Source: an uncultured Acidobacteriota bacterium
GTDB lineage: Bacteria > Actinomycetota > Acidimicrobiia > Spongiisociales > ZC4RG35
Assembly: GCA_963724825.1 (NCBI GenBank)
Contig: CAVRWT010000005.1
Coordinates: 84,403-148,402 of the forward strand
Length of the DNA stretch: 64,000 nt
Reading direction: 5' to 3'
The stretch's first letter is position 1; each line of letters opens with the position of its first letter. Below, one piece after another: positions 50,748-59,240 of the stretch. Position numbers and translations under genes: made by a program. The notes beneath the pieces are model-generated. The model ran no database searches, had not been told where the DNA came from, and was given only the letters and a program-made list of their open reading frames with translations.

Positions 50748-52222
50748 GTCTCGTCCCAGTCCATGTAGGCGAGAAGGCCGTGTCGGCCGCCCTCACGCCC
50801 GAATCCGGATTCCTTGTAGCCGCCGAACGGCGACGCCGGGTCGAACTTGTTATAGGTATTCGCCCACACCACCCCGGCCTGGAGACGGTCGGCCATCCAC
50901 AGGATGCGTGACCCCTTCGAGGTCCAAACCCCTGCCGAAAGGCCGTAGGGGGTGTTGTTCGCCTTCTCCACCGCTTCTTCGGGCGTTCGGAAGGAGAGGA
51001 TGGACAGAACCGGGCCGAAGATCTCCTCTTGGGCGATGCGGTGCGATTGGGCGACGTTGGTGAACAGGGTCGGCTTGAAGAAGAAGCCGCGGTCGGGCAG
51101 AACACAGTCGGGCTGGAACATCTCGGCGCCTTCGTCGAGACCGGAGTCGACCAACTCGGTGATCTTCTCCAATTGCGCCCGGCTGTTTATCGCCCCGACG
51201 TCGGTGTTCTTGTCCATCGGGTCCCCGACACGAAGGGTGGAGAGGCGGCGCTTCAACTTGTCGACGAAGCGGTCGTGGATGTTCTCCTGGACCAGAAGCC
51301 GGCTCCCGGCGCAGCAGACATGGCCCTGGTTGAAGAAGATGCCGTTGATGACGCCCTCGATCGCCTGGTCGAGTGGGGCGTCCTCGAAAATGACATGGGC
51401 GGCCTTGCCCCCCAACTCCAAGGTCAGCTTCTTGTGACTCCCGACGAGCTGGCTGGCGATCAGCTTGCCGACTGCGGTCGACCCGGTGAAGGCGACCTTG
51501 TCGACGTCGGCGTGGCTAACCACTGCGGCCCCGGTCGCCCCCGCCCCGGTCACCACGTTGAGCACGCCCGGTGGCAAACCGGCTTCGGCTGCGATCTGGG
51601 CGACCACCAAGGCGGTGAGCGGGGTGGTCTCGGCCGGCTTCAGCACGACCGTGTTCCCGGCGGCCAGGGCGGGTGCCACCTTCCAGGCGAGCATCATCAG
51701 GGGGAAGTTCCAGGGGATCACCTGGCCCGCAACCCCTAGAGGTCTCGGCCTCACCCCGGGGAAGGCGTACTCCAGCTTGTCGGCCCATCCCGCGTAGTAG
51801 AAGAAGTGGCTCGCCACCAGAGGGAGGTCCACGTCACGTGATTCCTTGATCGGCTTACCGCCGTCGAGGGTCTCCAGAACCGCCAGTTCCCGTGACCGCT
51901 CCTGGATCATCCGGGCGATGCGGAACACGTATTTGGCCCGCTCGGCGCCCGGCATCGGCCCCCAAACCTCGGTATAGGCACGCCGGGCGGCCACGACCGC
52001 ATCGTCGACGTCAGCCACCCCGGCTTCGGCCACCTCGGCCAACTGCTCTTCGGTGGCGGGGTTGATGGTTGGGAAGTAGTTCCCCGACTTGGGCTTGACG
52101 AACTTGCCATCGATGAACAGCCCGTATCGATCCTCGAGGGGAGCAATCTCCGCCGACTCCCGGGAGCTGGCGTACTCCCACTTCAAGGGATCGTGAGCCG
52201 GGGTTGCGATCTCGATTGCCAC
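50744..52222 (-). CDS. Aldehyde dehydrogenase family protein (full length)
   Basis: 492 aa, GTG start. LELGGKAA and FFNQGHVCCAGSR catalytic motifs are present. Confidence 0.93.
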   Translation of the reverse strand: MAIEIATPAHDPLKWEYASSRESAEIAPLEDRYGLFIDGKFVKPKSGNYFPTINPATEEQLAEVAEAGVADVDDAVVAARRAYTEVWGPMPGAERAKYVFRIARMIQERSRELAVLETLDGGKPIKESRDVDLPLVASHFFYYAGWADKLEYAFPGVRPRPLGVAGQVIPWNFPLMMLAWKVAPALAAGNTVVLKPAETTPLTALVVAQIAAEAGLPPGVLNVVTGAGATGAAVVSHADVDKVAFTGSTAVGKLIASQLVGSHKKLTLELGGKAAHVIFEDAPLDQAIEGVINGIFFNQGHVCCAGSRLLVQENIHDRFVDKLKRRLSTLRVGDPMDKNTDVGAINSRAQLEKITELVDSGLDEGAEMFQPDCVLPDRGFFFKPTLFTNVAQSHRIAQEEIFGPVLSILSFRTPEEAVEKANNTPYGLSAGVWTSKGSRILWMADRLQAGVVWANTYNKFDPASPFGGYKESGFGREGGRHGLLAYMDWDET

Positions 52223-52224
52223 GA

Positions 52225-53178
52225 TCAGTCCTTGGTGAAGTAGTCGGGTGAGGAGTATCGGCCGGTTTCCAGCCAGCGGATCTGCATCAAGACGTCGTTG
52301 AGAAGAGTCGAGGCACCGAAGCGGAACCAGTCCGGGGACATCCAGGGCTCGCCGAGGGTCTCGTTGAGGACCACGAGGTAGCGGATGGCATCCTTGGCGG
52401 TGCGGATTCCGCCGGCGGGCTTCATGCCCACCATCACCCCGGTCGCGTCCATGAAATCTCGTATGGATTCCAACATCACCAGGGTCACGGGGAGGGTGGC
52501 CGCCGGCTGGACCTTGCCGGTCGAGGTCTTGATGAAGTCGGCGCCGGCCGCCATGGCGAGCAGCGAGGCCTGCCGGACGTTGTCGAGGGTGACCAGCTCC
52601 CCGGTCTCGAGGATCACTTTGAGATGAGCGTCCCCGCAGGCGTCCTTGACCCGTCGGATCTCGTCGAAGACCTTGAAGTACTCGCCGCCGAGGAAGGCGC
52701 CCCGATCGATCACCATGTCCACCTCGTCGGCACCGAGGCGAACCACCCTCGTCACCTCCTCGACCTTGAGATCGGTCTCTACCAGGCCCGATGGGAAGTA
52801 GGTGGCGACGCTCGCCACCTTGACGGTGCTCCCGTAAGTGGCCTCAACGGCGTACTTGACCATGTTCGGGTAGACGCACACCGCTGCCACCGAGGGAACG
52901 CTGGGGTCCATCGGGTCGGGTCGGATCGCCTTGGCAGACATCTGCGCGACCTTGCCCGGAGTGTCCTTCCCTTCCAGGGTGGTCAGGTCGATCATTCGGG
53001 TGATCAGATCCAGGGCCGCTCGCTTCGATTCACGTTTGATCGACCGGGTTGACAGGGCGGCCACCCGTTCGTTGGCGCCGACCTCGTCCACTGAGGGCAC
53101 CGATCGCAGGAACGAGCGCAGGGTTGGCGTCGTGATTCGATCGGGCAGGATCGAGGTGCGGGCAGGAGCGAGGGTCAC
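52225..53178 (-). CDS. deoC: Deoxyribose-phosphate aldolase (long actinobacterial form)
   Basis: 317 aa, GTG start. MIDLTTLEGKDT..., VDMVIDRG, and Schiff-base Lys context ADFIKTSTGK. Confidence 0.93.
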   Translation of the reverse strand: MTLAPARTSILPDRITTPTLRSFLRSVPSVDEVGANERVAALSTRSIKRESKRAALDLITRMIDLTTLEGKDTPGKVAQMSAKAIRPDPMDPSVPSVAAVCVYPNMVKYAVEATYGSTVKVASVATYFPSGLVETDLKVEEVTRVVRLGADEVDMVIDRGAFLGGEYFKVFDEIRRVKDACGDAHLKVILETGELVTLDNVRQASLLAMAAGADFIKTSTGKVQPAATLPVTLVMLESIRDFMDATGVMVGMKPAGGIRTAKDAIRYLVVLNETLGEPWMSPDWFRFGASTLLNDVLMQIRWLETGRYSSPDYFTKD

Positions 53179-53230
53179 GGCGCCAATGGTACAGGGGTGC
53201 TTCCTCCCCCGGGCGACGCTGTTTCCTCCT

Positions 53231-53322
53231 CCAGCGAGCGAATCGATCGTTGGGGGAGGTGGATCGGCCGAAGGCCGAGACGGAGGGGGCTAATCCGACG
53301 CGGTCACCGCTTCGCTCGCTGG
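53231..53322 (-). other. Structured inverted-repeat element with C-rich loops (possible 6C-like sRNA or 5' leader of deoC)
   Basis: Perfect 12-bp arms CCAGCGAGCGAA (53231-53242) and TTCGCTCGCTGG (53311-53322) enclose a central TCGGCC-GAA-GGCCGA hairpin (53264-53278). That hairpin is flanked by G5 runs (53252-53256, 53285-53289), which are C5 on the minus strand. Confidence 0.35.
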
Positions 53323-53335
53323 GGAGAAAGGAGCC

Positions 53336-54415
53336 CTACGCCTGCGGGCCCGAGATGAGGTGGTAGGTGATCCCCTGATCCATCGACATCTCCATCTGGA
53401 AGGCCATGATCTCGCCCGTCGTTTCGTCGGGGATCTTCATGCTCATCGCGATGTGAGTTGCGGCGTTGATCTCCGACTGGCGAGCCACCCCGGCCTCTGC
53501 ATCAAAGCGTGTGGTCCCATCGGCGCTGGTGTCATCGACATTGATCACGAACTCGAGTTGGCTCATCATCTCATCGAATTCAGCGGTCTCTTCCGGGGTC
53601 GCTCCTTCGGGGGCAAAGGCGCCGAACATTCCCTTGAAGAACTCGCCGAGGTCGAACTCGATCGGTGAGGTGGTCGATGTGGTGTCGATGACATAGACCT
53701 CGACACCGTCGAACTGCTCGACTCCGGTGATGGTGTTGGTCACGCTGGTCACCACTGGCTCTTCACCCATGCCCGGGGTCTCGATCTCATCGGACCAGGT
53801 GTCGCCGACAGCAACTTCGTCGTCTGAGAAGAGAGGGCCAAAGAACTGCCCGGGGTCGAGGCCGGGTGCCGGGGCACCGCCCCCCATGGGCCCGAGGTCG
53901 CCCAACATGCCGCCAAGCGGGTCCTCGACGTCTTCACCGCCGGCGCTGACCACGTTGCCCTGGTCGTCGACGACCACAGTGACGTCGATCGGCTCCATTG
54001 AGGCAAAGTCAGGCACTTCACTCGAGTCCACCGGCTCACCGTCGACGGTGCCGGTCACCGAGACGTCATCGAAGTTCCCGGTGATGTGGATCTCATAGGT
54101 CCCTTCCTCGGGGCCATCGGCCACAGAGTGGGTGAACACTGCGGTTCCGGTCACGTCGACAGAAGCCGCTCCGGGGATGTCCTCCTCGCCCATTGCGGAG
54201 GCGTCGCCGGAAGTCGTGAGGTCGATGTGCTGGTCGAGACCCACCTCGTACTTGAACTCATCACCCGCATTGAGCGAGTAGCTGAGAAGGACCGCCTCGA
54301 CCGGTGGAGCCGTGGTCGTGCTGTCAGCGGTGGTGGTAGAGGTCTCGGCAGCGCCCCCGCAGGCGGCCAGGACGATGGCCAGGATGGCAACGAGGGAAAG
54401 TGAGCGCTTGATCAT
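53336..54415 (-). CDS. Hypothetical acidic lipoprotein
   Basis: 359 aa. Lipobox AIVLAAC and Thr-rich linker (AETSTTTADSTTTAPP). Highly acidic and beta-rich. No family recognised. Confidence 0.7.
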   Translation of the reverse strand: MIKRSLSLVAILAIVLAACGGAAETSTTTADSTTTAPPVEAVLLSYSLNAGDEFKYEVGLDQHIDLTTSGDASAMGEEDIPGAASVDVTGTAVFTHSVADGPEEGTYEIHITGNFDDVSVTGTVDGEPVDSSEVPDFASMEPIDVTVVVDDQGNVVSAGGEDVEDPLGGMLGDLGPMGGGAPAPGLDPGQFFGPLFSDDEVAVGDTWSDEIETPGMGEEPVVTSVTNTITGVEQFDGVEVYVIDTTSTTSPIEFDLGEFFKGMFGAFAPEGATPEETAEFDEMMSQLEFVINVDDTSADGTTRFDAEAGVARQSEINAATHIAMSMKIPDETTGEIMAFQMEMSMDQGITYHLISGPQA

Positions 54416-54488
54416 GTTGGTGAGGTTATCGGTATCCGGGGGCTTTTCTTTTAGGACAAAGCCAAGCCAGGGTTAGCGTGCCCGCCTC

Positions 54489-55397
54489 ATGAACCCGTGG
54501 ACCCCAATAGTGGTGTCGATCCTGGGATGGGGCTCCGCTGCCGTGCTGACCCGGGCCGTGCTGAACAACGGAGTTTCGGCGTTCACCGTGGTTCCCTTTC
54601 GCTTCGCTGTCGCCCTCATCGTCATCTTGTTGGTTTCGATCTACTGGGTGCGCTTCCGAGACTTCGATCGCCGGCACTGGGTCAGGGGCCTCCTGCTCGG
54701 TGGGGTGGCACTCGCCATTCCGAACACCTTCTTCACCATGGGGCTGGTCGAGCTGCCGGTGAGCCTGTCGGGGCTCATGGTCGCCCTGATCCCGGCCGCC
54801 ACTGTCGGGGCCGCCCATTTCCTGGTCGAGGGCGAGCGATTCAACCCCAAATCGACACCGGGGCTGATCGTCTCGCTGATCGGGACCGGGATCCTGGTCG
54901 GAGTCGGTGGCGGCTCGCTGGAGGGTGTCGGAAATCTCGCACTGGGAGTCACCCTGTCCTTGATTGCAGTCCTGTTTGCCGGAATCGGCGGGGCGCTCAC
55001 CCGTCGCTTTGCCCTCGAGGTCGGCGGGGACGGCTTGGTCATCCCCCAATTCGCCTTCGCCACGGTCATCTCGCTGCTGATCACCCCGTTCCTCGATGCC
55101 ACTCCGCTGAGTGCCCTCGAATCGTCGGACTGGGTGCTGCTGATCGTCCTCGGGGCGTTCGCGACTGCCGTGCCATTCACCGCCTTCCTGATCGCGGCGC
55201 AGGTCAATCCCGCATCCCGATTGGCGGTGGCGGGATACCTGGTGCCGATCCTGGCGGTCACCCTTGCTGTGATCTTCCTTGGAGAAACCCTCACCCTGGC
55301 TGTCCTCGTTGGCGCCGTCCTGATAATCGGCGGAGTGGTGTTGACCGAACGGTCCAGCCGCCATGTGCCGGTGCCCGGGATCGACACCGCAGGCTGA
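54489..55397 (+). CDS. DMT superfamily (EamA-like) transporter
   Basis: 302 aa with about 10 predicted TM segments in two EamA-like halves. Confidence 0.88.
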   Translation: MNPWTPIVVSILGWGSAAVLTRAVLNNGVSAFTVVPFRFAVALIVILLVSIYWVRFRDFDRRHWVRGLLLGGVALAIPNTFFTMGLVELPVSLSGLMVALIPAATVGAAHFLVEGERFNPKSTPGLIVSLIGTGILVGVGGGSLEGVGNLALGVTLSLIAVLFAGIGGALTRRFALEVGGDGLVIPQFAFATVISLLITPFLDATPLSALESSDWVLLIVLGAFATAVPFTAFLIAAQVNPASRLAVAGYLVPILAVTLAVIFLGETLTLAVLVGAVLIIGGVVLTERSSRHVPVPGIDTAG

Positions 55398-55426
55398 CCG
55401 CGGGCGGCGTTTACCCTCCGGCTCTA

Positions 55427-57064
55427 ATGACCCGCCGAATCCTCGTCGCCGTCGCCTGGCCCTACGCCTCGGGCTCGCTTCATCTCGGGCATCTTGGAGG
55501 CGCCTATCTCCCGTCGGACATCTTCGCCCGCTACCACCGAGTCGCCGGAGACGACGTCCTCATGGTCTCGGGCTCCGACGCCCATGGCACGCCGATCACC
55601 GTCCGTGCCGACGAAGAGGGCATCACGCCTCGCGAAGTGGTGGACAAGTACCACGCCGAGATACTCGGCTACTGGGAGGCGCTTGGGATCTCGTTCGACT
55701 TGTTCACGACCACGATGACCGAGAACCACCATGCGGTCACCCAGGACGTGTTCCTGAAGCTGTTGGAAAAGGGCCATCTGGTCAAGGGCGCCTCGTCTCA
55801 ATTCTTCGACCCCGAAGCCGGGCGGTTCCTCCCCGATCGCTATGTCGAGGGCACCTGTCCCCATTGCGGCTACACCGAGGCCCGGGGCGACCAATGCGAG
55901 AACTGCGGGCGCACCCTCGACGCCACCGATCTGATCAACCCGAGGTCCCGGCTCAGCGGGGCGACACCGGTGCTCCGGGAGACGGAGCACTACTTCTTCC
56001 GACTCCCCGAGTTCGCCGAGGCCCTCAAGGCATGGCTGGAGACCAAGACCACCTGGCGCCGCCATGTGAAGAACTGGGCACTGGGGATGATCGAGGAGGG
56101 GATGCCCGACCGGGCGATCACGCGTGACATCGAATGGGGCGTGGAGGTCCCGGTCGACGATCTGGGGCCGGGAAAGCGGATCTATGTCTGGTTCGACGCG
56201 GTCATCGGGTATTTGTCTGCCGCCAAGGAGTGGGCGCAGAACAGCGGGGACCCCGAGGCATGGCGCAATTGGTGGGAGGACCCTGCGGCCGAGTCCTACT
56301 ACTTCGTAGGGAAGGACAACATCCCGTTCCACACCGTGATCTGGCCGGCGATGCTCATGGGATACGGCGGGCTCAACCTCCCTACCGACGTCCCGGCCAA
56401 TCAGTACATCACCTTCAAAGGGGCCAAAGCCTCGAAATCGAAGGGGGTGGGAAGGTCGATCGGCTGGTACGCCGAGCGACTCGAGCCCGATGCCCTGCGC
56501 TATGCGATCGCGTCGGTCCTCCCCGAGCAGAACGACACCGACCTCAGTGACGAGGAGATCATCCGCCGGATCAACGACGAGTTGGTCGCCACCTGGGGCA
56601 ATCTGGTGAACCGGGTTCTCTCGCTGACCGCCAACAATTTCGGCGGCCAGGTGCCCGATCCCGATGAGTTGACTGGCGAGGACCAAGCACTCCTGGCGGA
56701 GGTGGACCAAGCCCTGGAGACCGTGGCCGGGCACATCGCAGCCGTGGAGTTGCGCGCCGGGTTGCGAGCCGCCATGGAGGCCGCCACCGACGTCAACGTC
56801 TACCTGAACGCCAACGCCCCCTGGAAGTTGGTCAAGGAAAACCCGAAACGTGCCGAGACGATCTTATGGACCGCTATCCAGGCGATCTCGGGCATCAGGG
56901 TGGCCCTTTCTCCGTATCTCCCGTTCACGACGCCAAGAGTGGGGGAGATGCTGGGTCTGCCCGGCGCGGTCGAGCGATGGGAGCGGCCCGGGGTGCCGGC
57001 CGGGACCGCCCTGGGCAAAGTCGAGCCGCTTTTCGCGAAGTTGGAGGACGACGCCCTGGACTAG
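55427..57064 (+). CDS. metG: Methionine--tRNA ligase
   Basis: Starts at MTRRILVAVAWPYASGSLHLGHL (HIGH-type motif; ATG 55427-55429). Zn knuckle CPHCGY...CENCG, and KASKSKG (KMSKS-type). The track ORF's 5' extension across the transporter gene was rejected. Confidence 0.96.
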   Translation: MTRRILVAVAWPYASGSLHLGHLGGAYLPSDIFARYHRVAGDDVLMVSGSDAHGTPITVRADEEGITPREVVDKYHAEILGYWEALGISFDLFTTTMTENHHAVTQDVFLKLLEKGHLVKGASSQFFDPEAGRFLPDRYVEGTCPHCGYTEARGDQCENCGRTLDATDLINPRSRLSGATPVLRETEHYFFRLPEFAEALKAWLETKTTWRRHVKNWALGMIEEGMPDRAITRDIEWGVEVPVDDLGPGKRIYVWFDAVIGYLSAAKEWAQNSGDPEAWRNWWEDPAAESYYFVGKDNIPFHTVIWPAMLMGYGGLNLPTDVPANQYITFKGAKASKSKGVGRSIGWYAERLEPDALRYAIASVLPEQNDTDLSDEEIIRRINDELVATWGNLVNRVLSLTANNFGGQVPDPDELTGEDQALLAEVDQALETVAGHIAAVELRAGLRAAMEAATDVNVYLNANAPWKLVKENPKRAETILWTAIQAISGIRVALSPYLPFTTPRVGEMLGLPGAVERWERPGVPAGTALGKVEPLFAKLEDDALD

Positions 57065-57148
57065 ATTGAAACTCCGATGCGCCCATCGGGGTCGAATCAG
57101 GGTGAAACCCCATCCGCCAAGGCTCCAACTGCGGCTACGTTTGCCTTC

Positions 57149-57355
57149 ATGACACGGATCGCACGCGTCGTCGGAGGCTTCATCCTCCTCATCGCGGGGA
57201 TCGCGATGCTCGTGCTGCCGGGCCCCGGTGTCATCACCATCCTCGGCGGCCTGGCTCTGATCGGCCAGGAGTTCCCCTGGGCGCAGCGCATGCTCGACCG
57301 GATCAAGGCAGCCATCACCAGGTTGTGGCGGAGCCTGACGCAGCCATCCGCCTAG
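57149..57355 (+). CDS. PGPGW domain-containing small membrane protein
   Basis: MTRIARVVGGFILLIAGIAMLVLPGPGVITILGGLALIGQEFPWAQ... is the characteristic LPGPG(W/V) two-TM motif. Start chosen at ATG 57149. Confidence 0.65.
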   Translation: MTRIARVVGGFILLIAGIAMLVLPGPGVITILGGLALIGQEFPWAQRMLDRIKAAITRLWRSLTQPSA

Positions 57356-57371
57356 ATGACGCAGCAATAAT

Positions 57372-57781
57372 TCAGGCCGGCGGGTAGACCCCCATCCCCT
57401 TCGCCTTCTCGGTCTGCCAGAACACATCGGAGATCTCGTCGATCAAGGCGATCAGTTTTCGCCCGTCTTCGGGGTCGACCGACTTCTTGGCATCCCCGGC
57501 CTGATGGATCGCTCGCCAGAAGAGATCATCCAGGTTGGGGAATTGCAGTCGCGGTGCTCGGCGGTGAAGAAGTCGGCCCAGAGCACCATCAGGTGGTGTT
57601 TGACCTCCTCGGCGCGCTCCTCTTTCAGGCTGATGGCCCTCGCCTTGAATACCTCGTCGTCGGAGGAGGCGTACTTCTCGGCGATCTTGAGGACGGACAT
57701 CGCCTCGATCTTGGCCTGGGCCGGGTCGTAGACCCCGCAGTAGAGGTCGCAATGGGCGTGGGCGACAGTTAGCTGGCGCAT
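57372..57781 (-). pseudogene. sodN: Nickel superoxide dismutase precursor, frameshifted, with a non-canonical Ni-hook
   Basis: AAGGAG, 5 nt, then ATG 57779-57781: MRQLTVAHA/HCDLYCGVYDPAQAKIEA...HHLMVLWADFFTAEH. It then continues in another frame as LQFPNLDDLFWRAIHQAGDAKKSVDPEDGRKLIALIDEISDVFWQTEKA..., with its stop at 57372. Junction around 57545-57556. Confidence 0.85.
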
Positions 57782-57832
57782 TGACACTCCTTGTTGGTCG
57801 TTCTGTGTCGCCGACCATACCCTTCCCGTCTG

Positions 57833-58801
57833 ATGTCAATTCGCAGGTTCGTGGTCGCCGAGGAGTCGATGCTGCCGGGTCTCGTGCCAGGTGACGAGTT
57901 CGTCGCCACCGACGCCCGCCGCCCTGCGAAGGGTGACATCGTCGCCTTCCCCCACCCCGGCCGCGACGACTTCTGGCTGGTGAAACGGATGGCTGCCGGG
58001 CCGGGCGAGGAAGCTGGGGGCCGCCTGCTGGGAGAAGATGAGGCATGGGTGATCTCGGACAACCTCGATGCCACCCGCTCCGACTCGCGCACCCTGGGAC
58101 CGATCTCCTTCGGCTCCTTGTGGGTCAGGGTCACCAGCCTCGATGCCGGCACATTTGGGGAAGCCGCCACCTTGCTCGCCGAGGAGGAACCGGCCCTGGG
58201 GCTGATCATCGACGAATGGGGGCTGCCGCCCTTCTGGCAACGTGAGCCCGGGTTCTCCACGCTGGTTCTGTTGATCCTGGAGCAACAGGTTTCGTTGGAG
58301 TCGGGAGCGGCCATGTTCCGCCGTCTCCTCGACCTGGTCGATGTGGTGACGGCGCAAACGGTGCTCGAGGCCGGAGACGCCGGATTGCGGTCGATCGGGG
58401 TCACCCGCCAGAAGGTGGGGTATTTGCTCGGCCTGGCCGAAGCCGTGTCCAGCGGCGAGCTCGATCTGGAGGCACTGCCCCTGACCACCGAATCGGACGC
58501 CCGGGCCCGTCTCGTCGCTCTCAAGGGAATCGGGCTGTGGACTGCCGACGCCTACTTGCTATCCGCCCTCCGTCTCCCCGACGTCTTCCCGACCGGCGAT
58601 CGCGCCCTCCAGGTCGGTGCCATGGAGGCGCTCGGCCTCGATGCGGTGCCCGGCCCCGAAGTGCTGGAAGCCCTCGCCACCCCCTGGCGCCCGGTGCGCG
58701 CCGTCGCCGCCCGGCTGATCTGGCATCGCTATCTGTCGACCCGAGGGCGGGTCGAGCCACCGGACCCTGTCGCCGGACACGTGGTGATCGACTCGGCGTA
58801 G
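57833..58801 (+). CDS. sodX: Single ORF joining a SodX-like S26 peptidase domain (NiSOD maturation) to an AlkA-type HhH-GPD glycosylase domain
   Basis: The N-terminal 100 or so aa are SMLPGLVPGDEFVA...KGDIVAFPHPG...WLVKRMAAGPGE...AWVISDN...SDSRTLGPI. The rest is FSTLVLLILEQQVSLESGAAMFRRL...LVALKGIGLWTADAYLLSALRLPDVFPTGDRAL...PWRPVRAVAARLIWHRY. Divergent from sodN. Confidence 0.7.
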   Translation: MSIRRFVVAEESMLPGLVPGDEFVATDARRPAKGDIVAFPHPGRDDFWLVKRMAAGPGEEAGGRLLGEDEAWVISDNLDATRSDSRTLGPISFGSLWVRVTSLDAGTFGEAATLLAEEEPALGLIIDEWGLPPFWQREPGFSTLVLLILEQQVSLESGAAMFRRLLDLVDVVTAQTVLEAGDAGLRSIGVTRQKVGYLLGLAEAVSSGELDLEALPLTTESDARARLVALKGIGLWTADAYLLSALRLPDVFPTGDRALQVGAMEALGLDAVPGPEVLEALATPWRPVRAVAARLIWHRYLSTRGRVEPPDPVAGHVVIDSA

Positions 58802-58810
58802 AGTCGAACC

Positions 58811-59224
58811 ATGACCGAGTTCATCGTCCAGATGGAAAACCGTCCGGGCCGACTCGCCTCTCTGACCGAAGCCCTCGCCGCTTTCGGGGTCAACATCGAA
58901 GCTCTCACCGCGTACGGAACCAACGGGGAGGGAACCGTCCGCCTCATCGTCGACGATGCAGCCACCACCCGCCGGGTATTGAGCGAGGCCGCCCTTCAGA
59001 GCGAGGAGCGCATGGTGCTCACCGCCCAACTCCCCCACCGTCCCGGCGAGTTGGCCCGACTCACCCGGGTCATCGCCGACGCCGGGATCAACATCGACGC
59101 CCTCTATGTCCTGCGGTCCAACGCCGAGGGGATCGAGCTCGCGGTCTCCATCGACGAGCCTGAAAGCTCCACTGCCTTACCTCCCGATCAACGGAGGGGT
59201 ATTAACCGTTTAGCCGGCGGGTAG
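58811..59224 (+). CDS. ACT domain-containing protein (two ACT repeats)
   Basis: 137 aa. Repeated beta-alpha-beta-beta-alpha-beta signatures (VQMENRPGRLASLTEALAAFGVNI; AQLPHRPGELARLTRVIADAGINI). Confidence 0.8.
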   Translation: MTEFIVQMENRPGRLASLTEALAAFGVNIEALTAYGTNGEGTVRLIVDDAATTRRVLSEAALQSEERMVLTAQLPHRPGELARLTRVIADAGINIDALYVLRSNAEGIELAVSIDEPESSTALPPDQRRGINRLAGG

Positions 59225-59240
59225 GGATACCCTGCCGCCG

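Noticed and set aside
54497-55426. The 5' extension of track ORF 54497..57064, which would give an 855-aa MetG overlapping the whole EamA transporter gene.
   Set aside because: The extension is Arg/Pro/Gly-rich junk in an alternative frame of the transporter gene. MetG homology, including the HIGH-type motif region, begins at MTRRILVAVAWPYASG (ATG 55427).
57074-57089. Short hairpins immediately after stop codons as intrinsic terminators: CCGATG-CGCC-CATCGG after metG, and GCGTCG-N4-CGACGC at 35482-35497 after pth.
   Set aside because: The stems are only 6 bp and no U-tract follows. They cannot be called terminators from sequence alone.
57782-58046. Long N-terminal extension of ORF 57372..58046, which is antisense to sodX.
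   Set aside because: Only its last 60 or so residues (LQFPNLDDLFW...) are NiSOD-like. The rest is an Arg/Pro-rich antisense reading of sodX. It is explained by the sodN frameshift.
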